The notes: generated from the sequence alone by a model not told the origin. Shown: positions 1 through 13,832, counted from the first letter of the stretch. The stretch is 64,000 nt of DNA from Utricularia gibba (GCA_002189035.1 NEEC01000015.1:2294001-2358000), one strand, 5' to 3'. Translations and numbers: made by a program.

Positions 1-133
1 TTTCATAGCACCAAAAGAAGGCACTGGATATGCAGTCACCAACTTCACGCATACATTTCACTTGGTTAACAATAGATTCAATGCGGCCAATAGCTATGTT
101 ATTGTGCTGAAGAGTTTCAGTCATTCCTTGCAG

Positions 134-274
134 GCCTGTAACAACAAAGAACTCAGAGGAGAACATGAGTGGGAGCAACACAAACAAGGGAGCAGGCATC
201 GGAAACGAATTTCTAGTCTAAGAAAGTCGGGCATGCTTCCGAGTCAGACCTTGGCTGATCACTCAAGTTCATAG
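134..274 (+). CDS. IPT2: tRNA dimethylallyltransferase (IPT2-type), last coding exon; gene starts upstream of the window
   Basis: After acceptor ttgcag the frame reads ACNNKELRGEHEWEQHKQGSRHRKR, the C-terminal zinc finger typical of eukaryotic tRNA-IPTs. Stop TAG at 272-274. Confidence 0.85.
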   Translation, partial: ACNNKELRGEHEWEQHKQGSRHRKRISSLRKSGMLPSQTLADHSSS

Positions 275-888
275 ACAAGCCTTATCAGTTCTCCCATGTA
301 TCAGGGTACATTTTCATCAGGAATCAAAGTGAAAACAAGCAAGTAAATGGTGTTTTTTGATGACATATCAGTATCCTTGATAAACCTTTATTTTGCCTGC
401 ATGAAGCAGGTTGTTGTGAGTTACATAACAAAAGATGCGATTGAAATGAAAGAATGAAATTATTCCAACTTGAATTCAAAGGGAGAATGTGGTCCAAGCA
501 TATATGCAAATGGGGAAGAATAAATGAATGAATCTGATATCCTCTACCCACTTCTGCCTGGCTCATTAGCTCCACCATTTGAACTTCATGTTGCAAGGAT
601 AGAACTCTGGAGCCCTTTTCTTCAATGCTGCTGCTGCCTCCCCTGACTGTGCGCTTTTACGCATCAAATGTTGTAGAAACATCTGATAGCAAGGGCTGCG
701 CTCTGAAAAGAACAGAGTCGTTATGGATTCCCTGCTGCTGTTTAGTGCTACAGAGTACAGACATCCTTATTCCTTTACCTGGTTTATGTTTTTACTTTAT
801 TGATTGTATGCGCAAAAAGGAATTATTTGAATTTCCACTTTACAATTCGATTAATAGGTTTCTGGGAATGTAGAAAATAATGCAAACT

Positions 889-1769
889 CTAAATGCTGTT
901 ACAGGCGTGGGCGTAGATCATCAACGAGAACTCCAGTTTGTCTTCGTCCTTGGGAAGGAGCTTCTCCTCCAACCAGAGGCGGCTGTCGAACCCAGCTCTG
1001 GTTCTGAACAAGAACCGCCCGCAACCGGGGCCGGAACTGTGGAACCAATCGTGAACATCCCACAGCAAATCCACGAGCAGTCCATCTAGAAAAATGGTTT
1101 GATTCCCGCGAAAATTCCACTGCAATCGCTTCACGCGAATCACGGGTTTCTTGTCAATGCTAACGGACAGGACTGGACTCTTCGCCGTCTTGCTTTCGAC
1201 GCCGCATCGGATCAGAATGTTGTGGGAGTTTCCGGCCTCGGAGAATCTTGCCCTGGTGGAATAACACAGGGCATGCCCTGAGAAATGCTCCTGCCGTGAA
1301 ATTAAAGAACATCCCCCACCGAAGAAGACGGTTTCATCTTCTTGTCGCCGAGGGAGAGGATGGGCTCCGAATCGGCAGTCATCAGGATGAAAAACCCGTC
1401 AATGGGTTTCGGGCCGGATCCGTAGCGGGCGGTGGTGAGATCCCAGGTGAGTTCAACACTGACGCCGTGAAAATCAACCGTCTTTGCGCCTTTGCCCTTC
1501 CGGAAGAATCTGGAAGCTGTGCTGAGCTTCACCGCCGCCGCCACGTCGTCATTCAGGGCGATGCTGAGGCCATGGTGCTGAGAAGAAGTGGAGCTCCTGC
1601 ACCAGGTGAGAGTTACAAAAATCCTCTTCTGGGAAGAAGGCACCACTGCCCTGTACAAACATGTGACGGAGGTCTGAAGGGACGGCGCCAATTCCTGCGC
1701 CGGAGAAACGCAGGCACCGGCGGAAACTTGAACCGCGTACTCACCGAAACAGGATCCCAAATCTCTCAT
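889..1769 (-). CDS. DUF868 family protein, single exon, broken by a 1-nt homopolymer frameshift
   Basis: ORF 1769-1302 (MRDLGSCFGEYAVQVS...WDLTTARYGSGPKPIDGFF) and ORF 1143-889 (IRVKRLQWNFRGNQTIFLDGLLVDLLWDVHDWF...EFSLMIYA) are the two halves of DUF868. One extra base in the C5 run at 1313-1317 joins them via GCSLISRQEHFSG. Confidence 0.9.
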
Positions 1770-3403
1770 TCTTGCCTAGAATTGAACACCAGGGAAGAAG
1801 AAGAAGAAAGCAAGCATGAAAGCAAAAAAAGTTGCAAGATTTTCAGACACAGAGTTGGAAAGTTTGTCCCGATTATCCAATGACAGTTCATGTGGGACGC
1901 CAAGGACTAGAAATAAAAAACCCCGAGCCTGAATAAGTGTGCGCAGTTACCGCCTTCCAAATCATCCTTCTTTTATGATAATACTTAAATTAAATTAAAT
2001 TAAAATCGTTTTAAATTACAAATTAAAAATTAGGATTAATCACAATTCAATTATAAATAACTATAATTTAATCACATTTTATATTTTTTCATAATAATAT
2101 TTAATTTTTTAAATAAAATATCTTCCTTTTTTTATATACGATTGAATCGTTCCATTTAAAACAATACTTGAGATGAGAATGACACCTATTTTTTATAATA
2201 TGTCCCAATATTATAAAAATAAATGACCTCCATATTCACTCCATTGCCCAATTTGCATTATAATATATGAATTAAAATATTTCATTAATTACACACAACG
2301 TAAATTCAAATTTCTTATAAACCCACAAAACGGTGGATTGGTCTATCCCACTTCCTAACAAAAAGCCGATTCCACAAAACCAATATCACATGCATAATGT
2401 TTTATATGATATTATCCATTTAGGATACTTAATAAATTACAGTTTTACATTATTCGCTTATGAATAAATGATCTCGTACAATAATAATATTATTTTTTTA
2501 CTATATTGAGGAAGGTTTAAATTTGGACCCAATTTTGACTTATTCCAAAATAAAACAATTTAGATTGAAATTTGAGGTTTTTGAATGTATTAAATCAATA
2601 TTTGTGAGTGCCATAGGCCAAGATTTTTGGAATTTTGGTGAATATTTGTAATCGCACACATCTGCACATGTGTGTGCGTGTGGGGTGGGTGATTTTCCTT
2701 GGATTTTGTTGCTCCCGCGCACGCTTCATGAATCAGGCAGGGGCGGGCTAGTGTCGTGTCCCATGGGGTCCACGTGACCAATCAGAAGACCCTATTTTTA
2801 AACCACCGAGATTTAATTTCCAGGTAATAAAATAGGCATTATTGTTTCATAATCGGCCCCAACATTTAAGGTTTATTAATGTGGCGCCCCCAATTCCCAT
2901 TATGCATGCTCCTCGCTCTTATTCATCTCCTCCCCGCGCTTGCCCATTATAATCGGATTTCTCTAAACTAAAAAAAAAAAAAAAAAAAAAGGAAATTGGG
3001 CCAAACGTGTGAGACCGGACCGGACGGGACCGGCCCGGCCCATATTCTGAGTTAGGGTATGCTAGCTGTTGGGATTTCGGTGGGTTTGTAAGATTCGGTC
3101 CTTTGCGTGGCTCCGCTTCTGAAGATCTGTGTTTCGGAATCGGTATGCGTGGTTGGATGCGGGAGTGCGTTTAGCTCTTGATTCGTGAGTGTTTCTATTG
3201 TCATTGATTAATCAGGTCCGCATTTTGAATTTCTGTGTTTGTGATTTGTATTTCTTCTGGTCTTCTCAGATCGATGGGCGTCGTGACTTGCCTACCGTGA
3301 TTTGTGGCAGAAACCAAGAAGGGTTGCTGTAATTTTGAACAAGAATTTGGTGGAGAGGGGGGATTTCCTCATCCTGATTTGGAGCTGCAGCCGGTTATTA
3401 TAC

Positions 3404-4365
3404 ATGGGTTTCGGAGCCTTAAGACCAACTGCCAGATTGGTTTCCCGGATTCTCTTGCCCACCTCCCGTTTCTGCGGTGCAACGAAACCGTTCTATCCAG
3501 TCTTACCACAGGAGCACCTCGGTTTGTTTGCCCGTGTTCGTCCCAACCTTCCATGGTTTACTCCATGCAGCGCATTCAATAGCCTCACGGACACTAGATA
3601 TCCAAAGCGCCGACCTGGCGACAAGCCTCGTCGCAAGAGGGCCAGTATGAAACCCCCAGGTAATCTTTCACGGGTAGTATGACCTGTTTGGCATCATCTT
3701 TGTGGAACTGCCTTAATTTTGTGTGATCTATAAAAACACCAGGTCCATATGCCTGGGTGAAATGTGTTCCTGGAGAGCCTATACGTGCTAACCAACCAAA
3801 TGAGGGAGCTTGAAACGTAGGAATGAGAAGAAGAGGATCAAACAACACCGTGCTTTTATCATGGTATGCTGGTTTCTCTTTTAGTTTGTGCTGAATATGA
3901 AGATTTTAGAAAATATTAGATGGTGTTCTTTGGAATTTCTACCCGATAATTTAGTGCTGCAATGCCTTCTAAAACTTGTATTCGATGTGGTTCTCCATGT
4001 AATCCCCCGACGGACTTTGTCACTGTGCGTTAACAAATTTGCATCGAGTGGTGTATTCAACTTCTGTTGTTAAACTACGGAACTTAGAGATCCTATCCGT
4101 AGGCCTTACTCCACTCTAGGTGTCTGTTTTTGCTGAAACTTATCACCATCATTTACTTAAGCTTCAATTGATTGTCTGGTACACATTTTTGTAGTCTGAG
4201 AAAAGAAAGCGGAAAGCTGAGACGCAAGAAGCCAACAGGAAAAAGCTCATGAAACGGGTGGAGAGAAAAATGGCTGCAGTTGCAAGGGAAAAAGCCTGGG
4301 CAGAAAGGTTGGTCGAGCTCAAGCGAATAGAGGAGGAGAAAAAGCGGCAAGCATCCATGGCTTAA
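3404..4365 (+). CDS. At3g51010-like basic mitochondrial protein (probable plant mitoribosomal subunit), 3 exons
   Basis: Exons 3404-3659, 3743-3863 and 4195-4365 give MGFGALR...SLTDTRYPKRRP...KPPGPYAWV...NEG(S)LKRRNEKKR...ERKMAAVAREKAWAERLVELKRIEEEKK. Exon 2 needs one extra G at 3804-3806. The mitoribosome role is recalled, not checked. Confidence 0.8.
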
Positions 4366-4654
4366 ATTCTTTTGTATGGAGACAACTGGATGCCTCTCGT
4401 GACACACCAAATGACTTTAGGGTCAGGTTTCTATATTTCATGTCTTTTTGCCTCACTGTCATTCATTAACTTTCGTATGCCTGTCATAGATCATGCAACT
4501 TAGATGATTTCATCAATCATGAAATAAAATACAATTATCATGGAAAGCTCATATCTTTACTCGAGAACAAACAGTATAAATACAATTAGGGAGCCGAAAC
4601 TTCATTTCCTTCTATGATACAAGAATCTGCACGGAGTGCATTACCTTGTAGAAA

Positions 4655-7069
4655 TCAGAAGTTTTCATCATCGATGGTGGACCTTGTGATGGGGATGGAC
4701 CATCTGCCAAGATGAGCCGTGTAGTTGATGCAACGGGCCACCGCCCGTCCATTGGGACCATCTGGGAAATCGAGGATGGAGATGCTGCCGGGATCAAGGT
4801 GGAAACATCCCAACCATTCCTTGGTGAGGTTCAAGGATTGTCCCAGCATGGCGATGTGAAGATACGGATGTGCAACTGCTGCAACCACTACATCGTCTTG
4901 CTGTGATTCACTGGAAATGTGATCCTTCAGGCACTTCCAGGCCACCCCAGATTGATCCCATATCGCCCCTGTTGTTTCTTCATCATATCCACGCAACCAG
5001 CCGGAGCAAAGAGGCTGCGACTGTAGAAAACATGGAGGATCATCAAGTGCTGAAGGTTGTCATGTATGTGGCTCCTTGGCCGTCACATAACATTGAGTCA
5101 CAAGCTTATCTTACGCTTTGTGGGATGTTGAAAACGTCGAGTTGTGATAAATGCTTTGTCTCCACATACCGTGGCACATAGTCTGCTCCCAAGCAATCAG
5201 CTGCTTCTTGAACCTAACAACTGCATTTCTTTAACAATCAAAGTTGCATGCAAGACTTAATTTGAAAGATGTCTGATTTACTTTGGAGATGATATTTGCT
5301 GTCTCCACAGATGCTGCTGTGGTGCTGCTGATAACAGTTTTCACCTTCTCGTCAAGAAGCAGCTCCGCATTCTTCTGTGCCTGAATCATCTCAAAAATTG
5401 AGCTTCATCAACTAAACACATCAAGAGAGGACATGTTACGGATGCTGAGGTTGATAATAAGTAAACAACATGTCTAAGTACCTGTATAACTCCAAGCACA
5501 TTCAGCTGACTATCCTGTGCAAAACTAGTGGTGCTCTGTCATGAGGAAGGAAAGCTCTATCAGAGACAGCAGGAAAGCAATGTGCAGTCTACATTTCTGG
5601 AATTTCACTTTGAGATGTGTGCACAAGGAGTGGAGTCCTATCACATGAACGGGAAATACATACATCAATGTTTTTCGAAGAAAATCCATGAGAAACCAGT
5701 ATGATGCGTAAGCTGTTCTTCCTTCCTCCTGAACCACCAGCTAGAGGGGAACTTGGGGTCTGCATTACATTCTAATCAAACATTTGAATGGCTGTTGAAA
5801 TTCAAATGCTTTCTATCTATTGCAGTTTTAGCAGCTATAGTCGGTGCTCATCATAAGGAAAATCTGGTTACAGCTATAAGGGAGAGTTTTTCGCTTTAAA
5901 CAACCTAAATCTACAAAAATGAACTTTGTGGTGATCACCTGATTGAGTCGATTGAGACATATCTGAGGAGCGGCGCCATCAGGGCTTGGGGTGAAGTCCA
6001 GCACACTTAGACCACAATTGCTCTGAAGCAGAATTCTGAAATACTCGGTGCCCAATCCTAGATTCCCATGTGGAAGAAAACATTGACGTTCCCATTGAAC
6101 CCCATTCAAAACAAACAAGATAAAACGCTTGTGTACCAATAGCAGTAGCAACAAGAGCTTGATTCACGGCATTGTGAGCAACTACAAGAACTGACTGGCT
6201 TTCATGAGTAAGAATTCTGTTCCAGCAAAATCTAGCTCTGGTCCATAATTCCCTCACCGGGTAGTGACCATCAATGCAAAAATTCGGTGCATCGACTTGC
6301 CATTGCCGATAAGCTGCACCATATCTTGCTTTCCCTTCATTCTTCAGGAGACCCTAAAAGATGATGATCACAGCTATCATCATCCGAGATCGAGCTTACA
6401 GCAGAACATGCATTATTATCAATGAAAACTCTGAGATTCTGTAACATTCTGACTTGGAAGGAGTAGAGATCAATCTCCCTCAAGTTGAATTCTGTTATGA
6501 TGTCCTCTTCGCGGGCACCCCATATGATTTCTGCAGTTCTTTTAGATCTACTCAGCGGACTGCAACATTGAGACAACACGGACACTAAGACAGGTAGGCA
6601 TGAAGATAAGATTTCTCGATTTCACACTGACACACTTCTCCAGAAACTAAATCAGCTATTCAAATTTCGAATCAGAAAAAGGGAGAAAAAAGAAACCTGG
6701 AGAAGCAGACATCAAACGAATCATCTAGAAGCATCTGACGAGATGTCTCTGCCTGAGACTCTCCCTTATCAGTGAGCACCGAGAAATCGGAACTACCCTG
6801 AATCCGACCCTCCGCATTCCACGTACTCTGCCCGTGCCTAACCAGAACCACCCTCTTGGCCGACTTCACCGGCGGCAGAGACACGCTTTCCCAATTCGTT
6901 ACCAAACCCACACCCCGTGGGGGCTCCCTGAAGACGTTTTCTCCGTTTCCAGAATGCTTGAAGAACACAGTACAATACCAGCCTTAATATCTCCCGATTC
7001 ACGAAAACGGGAGGCACGGCGGTAAAAGGGATTGGAAACCGGAGCCGGCGTCGGCGCGGATGACAACAT
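4655..7069 (-). CDS. CA1Pase: 2-carboxy-D-arabinitol-1-phosphatase (chloroplast phosphoglycerate-mutase family, At5g22620-like)
   Basis: Histidine-phosphatase motif RVVLVRHGQSTWNAEGRIQGSSDFSVLT, plus VLVVAHNAVNQAL, LLQSNCGLSVLDF and C-terminal NYTAHLGRWSIPIT. A transit-peptide ORF from ATG 7069 joins only if the G5 run at 6919-6923 gains one base. Confidence 0.9.
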
Positions 7070-7890
7070 AATTCTGACTGCATTATCCTTTCCTGAAAAT
7101 GGCGGTTTTTCTCTTTGGGTGGCTGCCGTTGGTTAACGCCGTTATCTGGGCTGATATGACCACCCCTCATGGGCCTGAGTTTGAAAGTGGGCTCAACAAA
7201 GGCCGTCACTCTCATGGGCTCTATTTCGAATATTTTTGGCGTAGCGGATTCGGGTCAGGGTCGGCCACTATCTTGGGCCGGGTCCTGCCCCATTTCCGGG
7301 GCAAGGCGCATCTAGCTGGCGCGACCAAATGCCCCAATCATTCTGCTTGTCTCGTTCCAGCTGCCCCTGCTCCCATGTGGCCCCTTTCGGATAACTCCTT
7401 TCTATTTCCATTTTTATTCATTTTATAATTATTTAATATAAAATATAAAGTCATTAATGGAATTTCAAATAAATTTTTTAATGCGAAAAAATTAATTATT
7501 AAATACTGTTGCTACCCCATAAAACTTGTGTTTTTATTTGGTAAAATAATAAAAAAATGCGTTAAAAAAAGAATGAAAAATAATAATATCCATTTTTTGT
7601 TTCAAGTAATAATCCACATGAATTATGGAGCTATGCGTCTAATCTTAAAACGGCGACAGAAATCTTAAACGCGGTCCCGCGGCTCTCAAACAGTTGTCTC
7701 TCTTTTCTGGAGCTTTCTCTCACTCGCACCTCTTGGCTCACCGCTACCGGATCTCTCTCTCCAAATTCCTCTCTATCTGCAGTCAGGCTTCCTTCCTTAG
7801 ATCTGTTCCACGATACCCTTCTTCTTTCGGGTGTCCATTTCCTACGCAATTCTTGCTGTTATGTGTACTCACTGCCGGAGCTTCTAGTTA

Positions 7891-10845
7891 ATGGCGAAAT
7901 CCGACCCTAGCGGGAAGTCATGGCCGACGAATCCGGAATCCCCTGCGATGCCGCCGTCTTCATGGGCAAAGCGGACTGGGTTTCGCCCAAAATTTTCTGG
8001 GGAGACCAATGCAAGCGATTCAGGGCAGAATATTTCAGCGGCTGGGACGCCGCCGCCAGCGCAGGTTCAGGGGAAGCCTAAGCAGCCAGATAATGGCGTG
8101 GACCTTGAAGCCGGGAGGCCGAGGCCATCACCGACTACTAACGGGGAAGCGATGGGTGTCAAGGATAGAGCTAAAGAGAAGGAGAAGGAGAAGGAGCAAG
8201 AGCCGCCGGCGATTAAACGGAGGGAATCCGATGTTGTAAAGAATGCAGGAGCAAATGGGCCGATGCGAAATCGCCGGGCTGTGAATACCGAGGAGAGTGG
8301 GAGCGGTGATGTATTGGCCCAGTCGGGCATTGATGATGATGGGTTTATGGCGAGAAACTATCATATGAAATATGAGCTTAGAGATTCTCCAGGGCTTGGT
8401 GAGCCTCTAATTTCTTCTTAGATCGTGTTGGTGCAACTTTTATATCCTCTTGAGTTTAGATTATGTTTACTCAAGCTTCATAGATTGAAGTTGGATTTTA
8501 ACTTTAAAAGTTTTTCCCTTCAATCCTTTTTCAGTTCCAATCAGTTTCTATGGCGTTCAACATTTCCTTTCCATTTTGGGTTCGCTGATACTTACTCCAC
8601 TCGTGATCGTTCCTGCTATGGGAGGCACCTATGTGAGCACTTGTAATTCATTTCATTTTAAGCTTTCAACGTCCTCCCCTTTCTGATATTTTTCAACGGT
8701 AAGCTAACACTCTTAGGTCCTATTGTAGGACGATACAGCAAAGGTGGCTTCAACCGTGTTATTTATTTCAGGTGTTACGACACTACTACACATGTTTTTT
8801 GGTTCGAGACTACCCTTGATACAGGGTCCTTCATTTGTTTATCTTGCTCCAGTCCTTGCTCTCATCAACTCACCAGAATTCTTAGGCCTCACTGGAAATG
8901 TAACTAATCGCAGCTGTGGTTTTGTGTAATAACCGTTTATCAGCCTTTTGAAATGTGTACATATCATTTCAGAATTTCAAGCACATAATGAAAGAGTTAC
9001 AGGGGGCTATAATAGCTGCTTCAGCTTTCCAGGCCTTGCTTGGATACAGCGGTTTGATGAAAATACTACTCAGGTATAATGAATTATATAACTCTGGTCC
9101 TTTCAACTCAAGTACTTGTTTTTGCGTATAAATATCTTATCTTTCTACCCTTTTAGGTTAATAAATCCAGTCATTGTTGCACCAACTATAGCTGCAGTCG
9201 GACTTTCTTTCTACAGCTATGGTTTCCCACGCGTTGGCAGCTGCATTGAGATTGGTGTAGTGCAGATAGTTTTAGTTGTAATTTTTTCCCTTGTAAGTTC
9301 CATATCTTACCTTTCATTACCACATTTTGAATTGCGCTATACTTTATCGGCATTAGCAGCCTTGGAACAGAGCAGTTTGCTTTCTTTCTGTGAATGAAAA
9401 ATTGCCATTATGAAGCTTTAACACGATAAATGCTTATTTTGCAGTACCTTCGTAAAATATCCATTTTAGGTCATCGTGTCTTTCTAATCTATGCGGTGAG
9501 CTCATTTACTGTGAGAACTATTCTGATTTCTTGTCTATTCTTCATTGCTGATTTTTCCTTGTTTAAACTAGGTTCCACTTGGTCTGTTGATCACTTGGGC
9601 TATTGCCTTCCTTCTCACAGAAGCTGGACTATATGGCTACGATGGGTGTGATCCTAACATACCACCTTCAAATACAATATCTGACCACTGTAGAAATCAT
9701 GTAGCACGAGTTCGGGGTTGTCGGGTCGACGCATCTCATGCACTGAGATCATCGCCATGGTTTCGGTTTCCTTACCCTTTGCAGTGGGGTATCCCTGTTT
9801 TTAACTGGAAGATGGTCCTTGTAATGTGCTTTGTTTCAATCATTTCAACAGTAGATTCGGTAAGTCCAAAGAATGCAACTTTACCTATCTTCAATTATCA
9901 GTACATTCGTTTTTGTGTCAAGTTGTAATTTTTTTTCGTAATCTCAGGTGGGTTCATATCATGCATCATCATTGCTGGTGGCATCTAAGCCTCCGACTCC
10001 CGGTGTTGTTAGCCGTGGGATCGGATTAGAAGGGATCTCAAGTATTCTGGCTGGCCTTTGGGGCACTGGAACAGGGTCTGCAACCTTGACAGAGAATGTC
10101 CACACCATCGCCATCACCAAAATGGGAAGCCGGGGAGCTGTTGGACTGGGTGCAGTCGTCATGATCGTGTTATCATGTATAGGTATGGTAACTGGACAGT
10201 AAACTCATGAAGGGGGGTTCTTTTAACTATAATCGAAACTGTCTTCGTTCTTCACCAGGTAAAGTGGGAGGCTTCATTGCATCAATACCGGAAGTGATCG
10301 TTGCAGCCCTCCTGTGCTTCATGTGGGGGATGCTCACAGCTTTAGGCTTGTCCAACCTCCGGTACAGCGAGGCCGGCAGCTCAAGAAACATCATCATCAT
10401 TGGCTTGTCGCTCTTCTTTTCGCTCTCGGTGCCTGCTTACTTTCAGCAGTATGGTGTCTCACCCAACTCCTACTCATCCGTTCCCAGATATCTCCAGCCC
10501 TACACAGTCACCTCCCACGGCCCTGTTCGCACCAAGTCCGGCGGGGTATGCTTCACTATTATCTCTTTCTTTACGGTCTTTTGTGAGGCTGTGAAGTGTT
10601 GAAACCGTGTGTCATTTGGGCAGCTCAACTATGTGCTCAACACACTGTTTTCGCTTCACATGGTAGTGGCTTTCCTGGTAGGCATCATCCTCGACAACAC
10701 CGTACCAGGTAGCCCACAGGAACGAGGAGTGTACACCTGGTCGGAAGCGGAGGCTGCGAGAAGGGAGCCGGCTGTCTACGAAGACTATAAGCTCCCTTTT
10801 GGCGCCGGAAAGGTATTCCGGTGGGTAAAATGGGTCGGAATCTAG
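7891..10845 (+). CDS. NAT12: Nucleobase-ascorbate transporter 12 (NAT/NCS2 family), multi-exon
   Basis: N-terminus MPPSSWAKRTGFRPKFSGET, GSRLPLIQGPSF, NAT signature TENVHTIAITKMGSR and C-terminal LDNTVPGSPQERGVY. The introns I traced are canonical GT-AG. Confidence 0.95.
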
Positions 10846-11456
10846 AAATGTAATCCGTTTATCACTCTCCAGCGGGAACGACGAGGGCCGCCGGCCGCTT
10901 CCAGCTCCAGGTTAAGCTCCTCTGTGGTTGTATATTGCAGATTCTTCTTCTCTTCACGCTTCTCTTCCTCTTCTTGGCTTGGGACCGAACCTATTTACTT
11001 ACGTGGAAATTGTATAATTTTTTTAACTGCAAAAATTGCCTGATGAAATTGAATTCTTTTATTATTGAAATTGCTAAAATCGATATCTAATTAATTAAGG
11101 TTATATGAAAAAGTGAAGAAGGGTGTTTTGGTCAACGGGAATTGGTCCGCATCCGATTGAGTGATCCGGAACCTCTGCTTTGAGGTGGGTGTACTGGGTG
11201 AGTGAGTGAGGCGTGAGAATCCGGTGTGTTTCTTCTTGTTTCTGTCTCGTTGCTTCATCTGTCGTTTTTCATCCATTTCTTTTTCTCTGTTTTTCTTCGA
11301 GATCAGAGAATTGATCTCTTCGCATTTACTCACCCATCTGAATCCCCCAGTTGCCACGATTGACGACGGGTGTACTTGAGCAGAAACAACCCCACATCCA
11401 AAACCCACGCCAAGATCAACCTGTAGGTAGGTAAGTTTTCTTTGTCTGCCGTTTCA

Positions 11457-12073
11457 ATGGCGTCCATCGGGAACTGCAGTGTCACGCAGCAGATGTTGAG
11501 TCGACACGGCGCCGTTTCTGAACTCGGAATTGGGATGGGGGTTGCTGCTTCCGGCTACAAGAGGGGTTTGTTGGGTATCGATTTGAATGTTACCCCACCT
11601 GAGGAAGAATTAGACGAAGATGGAGGAGGAGAGGAGCCCCTCTTCGAGACGACGCATTGCTGCGATGGGGGGAAACCGGTGGTTGATTCAGGTGAGGAAA
11701 TGGGGGAACACGAGAAGAGACTTAGGCGTTGGAACGCGATTCTCGGGTCGCTGAGGATGCTTCAGCGGAGTACGAGAAGTCCCAAAATCGGAAACGGAAG
11801 ATGACCCCGATTCAGGAACTGCAGCCGAAGAAGAAGAATCCCACCCCACCCAGCCAGTGTTTCACTTCAGAGGAATCAAACAGCGGTTACCATTACCCGG
11901 TGCCCCCGCCTCCGCTCGTGAGTCGATCGACAAGGGGGAGGACGGTAGCGATGCCTACCAAGTATCGCGACTCCGTTCTCGACGTTCCATCGGAGGGGCC
12001 GTTCTTCGGAAGCCACACAACCGCGACACCCGCCACCGCCGCCGTCATCCCCAGCAAACGGAGGCCCAGGTGA
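11457..12073 (+). CDS. Uncharacterised nuclear protein A with EAR motif DLNVTP, RSTRGR..MPTKYRDSVL motif and basic C-terminus
   Basis: Two overlapping GC-rich ORFs (11442-11804 and 11729-12073) join either by one extra G at 11725-11726 (EKRLRALERD) or by a 74-nt intron 11692-11765 (GTGAGG...TTCAG). Three motifs are shared with the neighbouring gene. Confidence 0.65.
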
Positions 12074-12789
12074 TTAGAGCGTTGGTGGACCAGAGGCCAT
12101 CCACAGTAAAAATAAAAAAATGTAAAATCCCATCATTAGCAAGCAGCGGCAGCGGCAGCGGAAGATGCCGTTTTCACTGCACCATTTACCTTGTAATTCT
12201 GAAAGCATGGCCACTGATGTTCGATTCCTCCGCCATAACCAACCAACATCCACGGCTCCTGATGGGCGACATCTTGATCCATCAACGGCCCTGATTTCGT
12301 CATGGCGTTTATTTTGTTTTTATGGTGGGGACCACTCCTCTGTACTTGCATTATCTCCAACAGAATGCTAGACTTTGTAGGATAATTTTGTACAATTTTT
12401 CTTTCCCTTTCCTTCATTCACTTAATATCTGTTTTATTCATTATTAATCAGTCCAATTTAGTTCATTAAATCGGGACCCTGGTGGTCCCATCCTGCCACG
12501 TGGCAACATAACCAGTCATGAACGAACTGGTTGGGACGAAAGACGAAACCACCCCTCGCGCGATTCGGGGGATCGTGTGTGGACGCGTCTACGGAAATTG
12601 AATTGAATTGAGGGTTTGGGTTTGGGTTTAGGGTTTGATTAATTAATATTTAAAAAAACGTTTTACTAAAAAAAGGGTTCTGATATAAAAAAAAACTGAC
12701 TTGAAAGGGGAGTATTGACTATCGAGAGAGAAAAGTTTCAGAGCTTCAACTTGTGTTGTGTCGCCTCGGCCGGCCCCCTTTTCTTCCCC

Positions 12790-13373
12790 ATGTCTTCATT
12801 CCGTCACTGTCCCTCCCTCCTCCGCCGCGGATCCGCCTCGCAAATCTCCCTCCACAAGATTTTACACACGATCGTCACCTTACCACCGCCGCCGCAGTCC
12901 TCGGTTTCCAAATTCAGCGAATCCTTGGAACACAATTATGGCTTTTCCGCAGGGAACATCAGTAGACCGCGTCTCGCCTTCGACCTCAACGATTACTCCC
13001 CGGAAGGCGATAGTCACAGCCCCCAGATGAGTTCAAGCACCGTCACCGTCTCCGTCTCTCTCCCCGCCGGGATCCAGAAAACGGTGGACCAGAATGCAGT
13101 GTATGGGGGGATTCCGGCGCTGCGGAGGGAAGTTTGGCGCTCCTTATTGAAGCAGCGGAGCTGATTCTCGGTGAACCCGATGAATCGAGAGGATCCAATC
13201 CCAGGGGAAGAATAGTCCAGTCGCACCGCGAGGAAGCGGCGCCAGAAATCGGACGCGAGTATCCGGATTCTGCAGCGACGCGGATGACACGGCGGCGCTC
13301 GAGGGTTCTTCCCAGCAAGTACAAGGACTCGGTTCTGGAACCTCTGACTCCATCGAAGCGCAGCCGGAGGTGA
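12790..13373 (+). CDS. Uncharacterised nuclear protein B with EAR-like FDLNDYSP, LALLIEAAELI, RRRSRVLPSKYKDSVLEP and basic C-terminus
   Basis: ORFs 12715-13164 and 13134-13373 join if the G6 run at 13105-13110 is G7 (YGGDSGAAEGSLALLIEAAELI). Paralogous in motifs to gene A. Confidence 0.65.
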
Positions 13374-13832
13374 AGCAGATTTTCAGCTTTTTTTAATATT
13401 ATTTTTCTTTTAATATTTACATTTTCGTCGTGCCATTTAATTGCTCGATAGCAATCGGATTTATTGAAATGTCAATTTCGTGTAACACGGTGGACATAAA
13501 AAAGTGTGCTCTCAAATTGCTGCGGTTATAAAATAATAGAAAATAAATTAATCGTGAACCAGATAATCTGTGGTTTCGACACGTGGCAAGGAGAATCCGC
13601 TGTGGCCAGTGCCTTGGTCTACATTGGGCCAGAATATATTCATCCAATGAGGCAGGCCCGCTAACTTGTGTTGATCCACAGTCCAGCCCATGTTTTTTTT
13701 CACATACTGTCCACGTTCAGGTCCAGAGAACAACTACTTGAAGGCGCCTCACTCGGTGGCATTTCAACCTTATCTGCTTCGCCTCTCCTGGCGATTTCCG
13801 GTGTTTGCAGTTTGCAGTGAGAGCAACTGGCA

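Noticed and set aside
1248-1883. Long plus-strand ORF of 211 aa, and similar antisense ORFs such as 18770-19213, 16658-17014 and 34072-34386
   Set aside because: Shadows of GC-rich or repetitive coding sequence on the opposite strand.
12136-12417. Short ORFs on both strands between EAR genes A and B
   Set aside because: No recognisable motif or signalling-peptide signature; consistent with UTR sequence.
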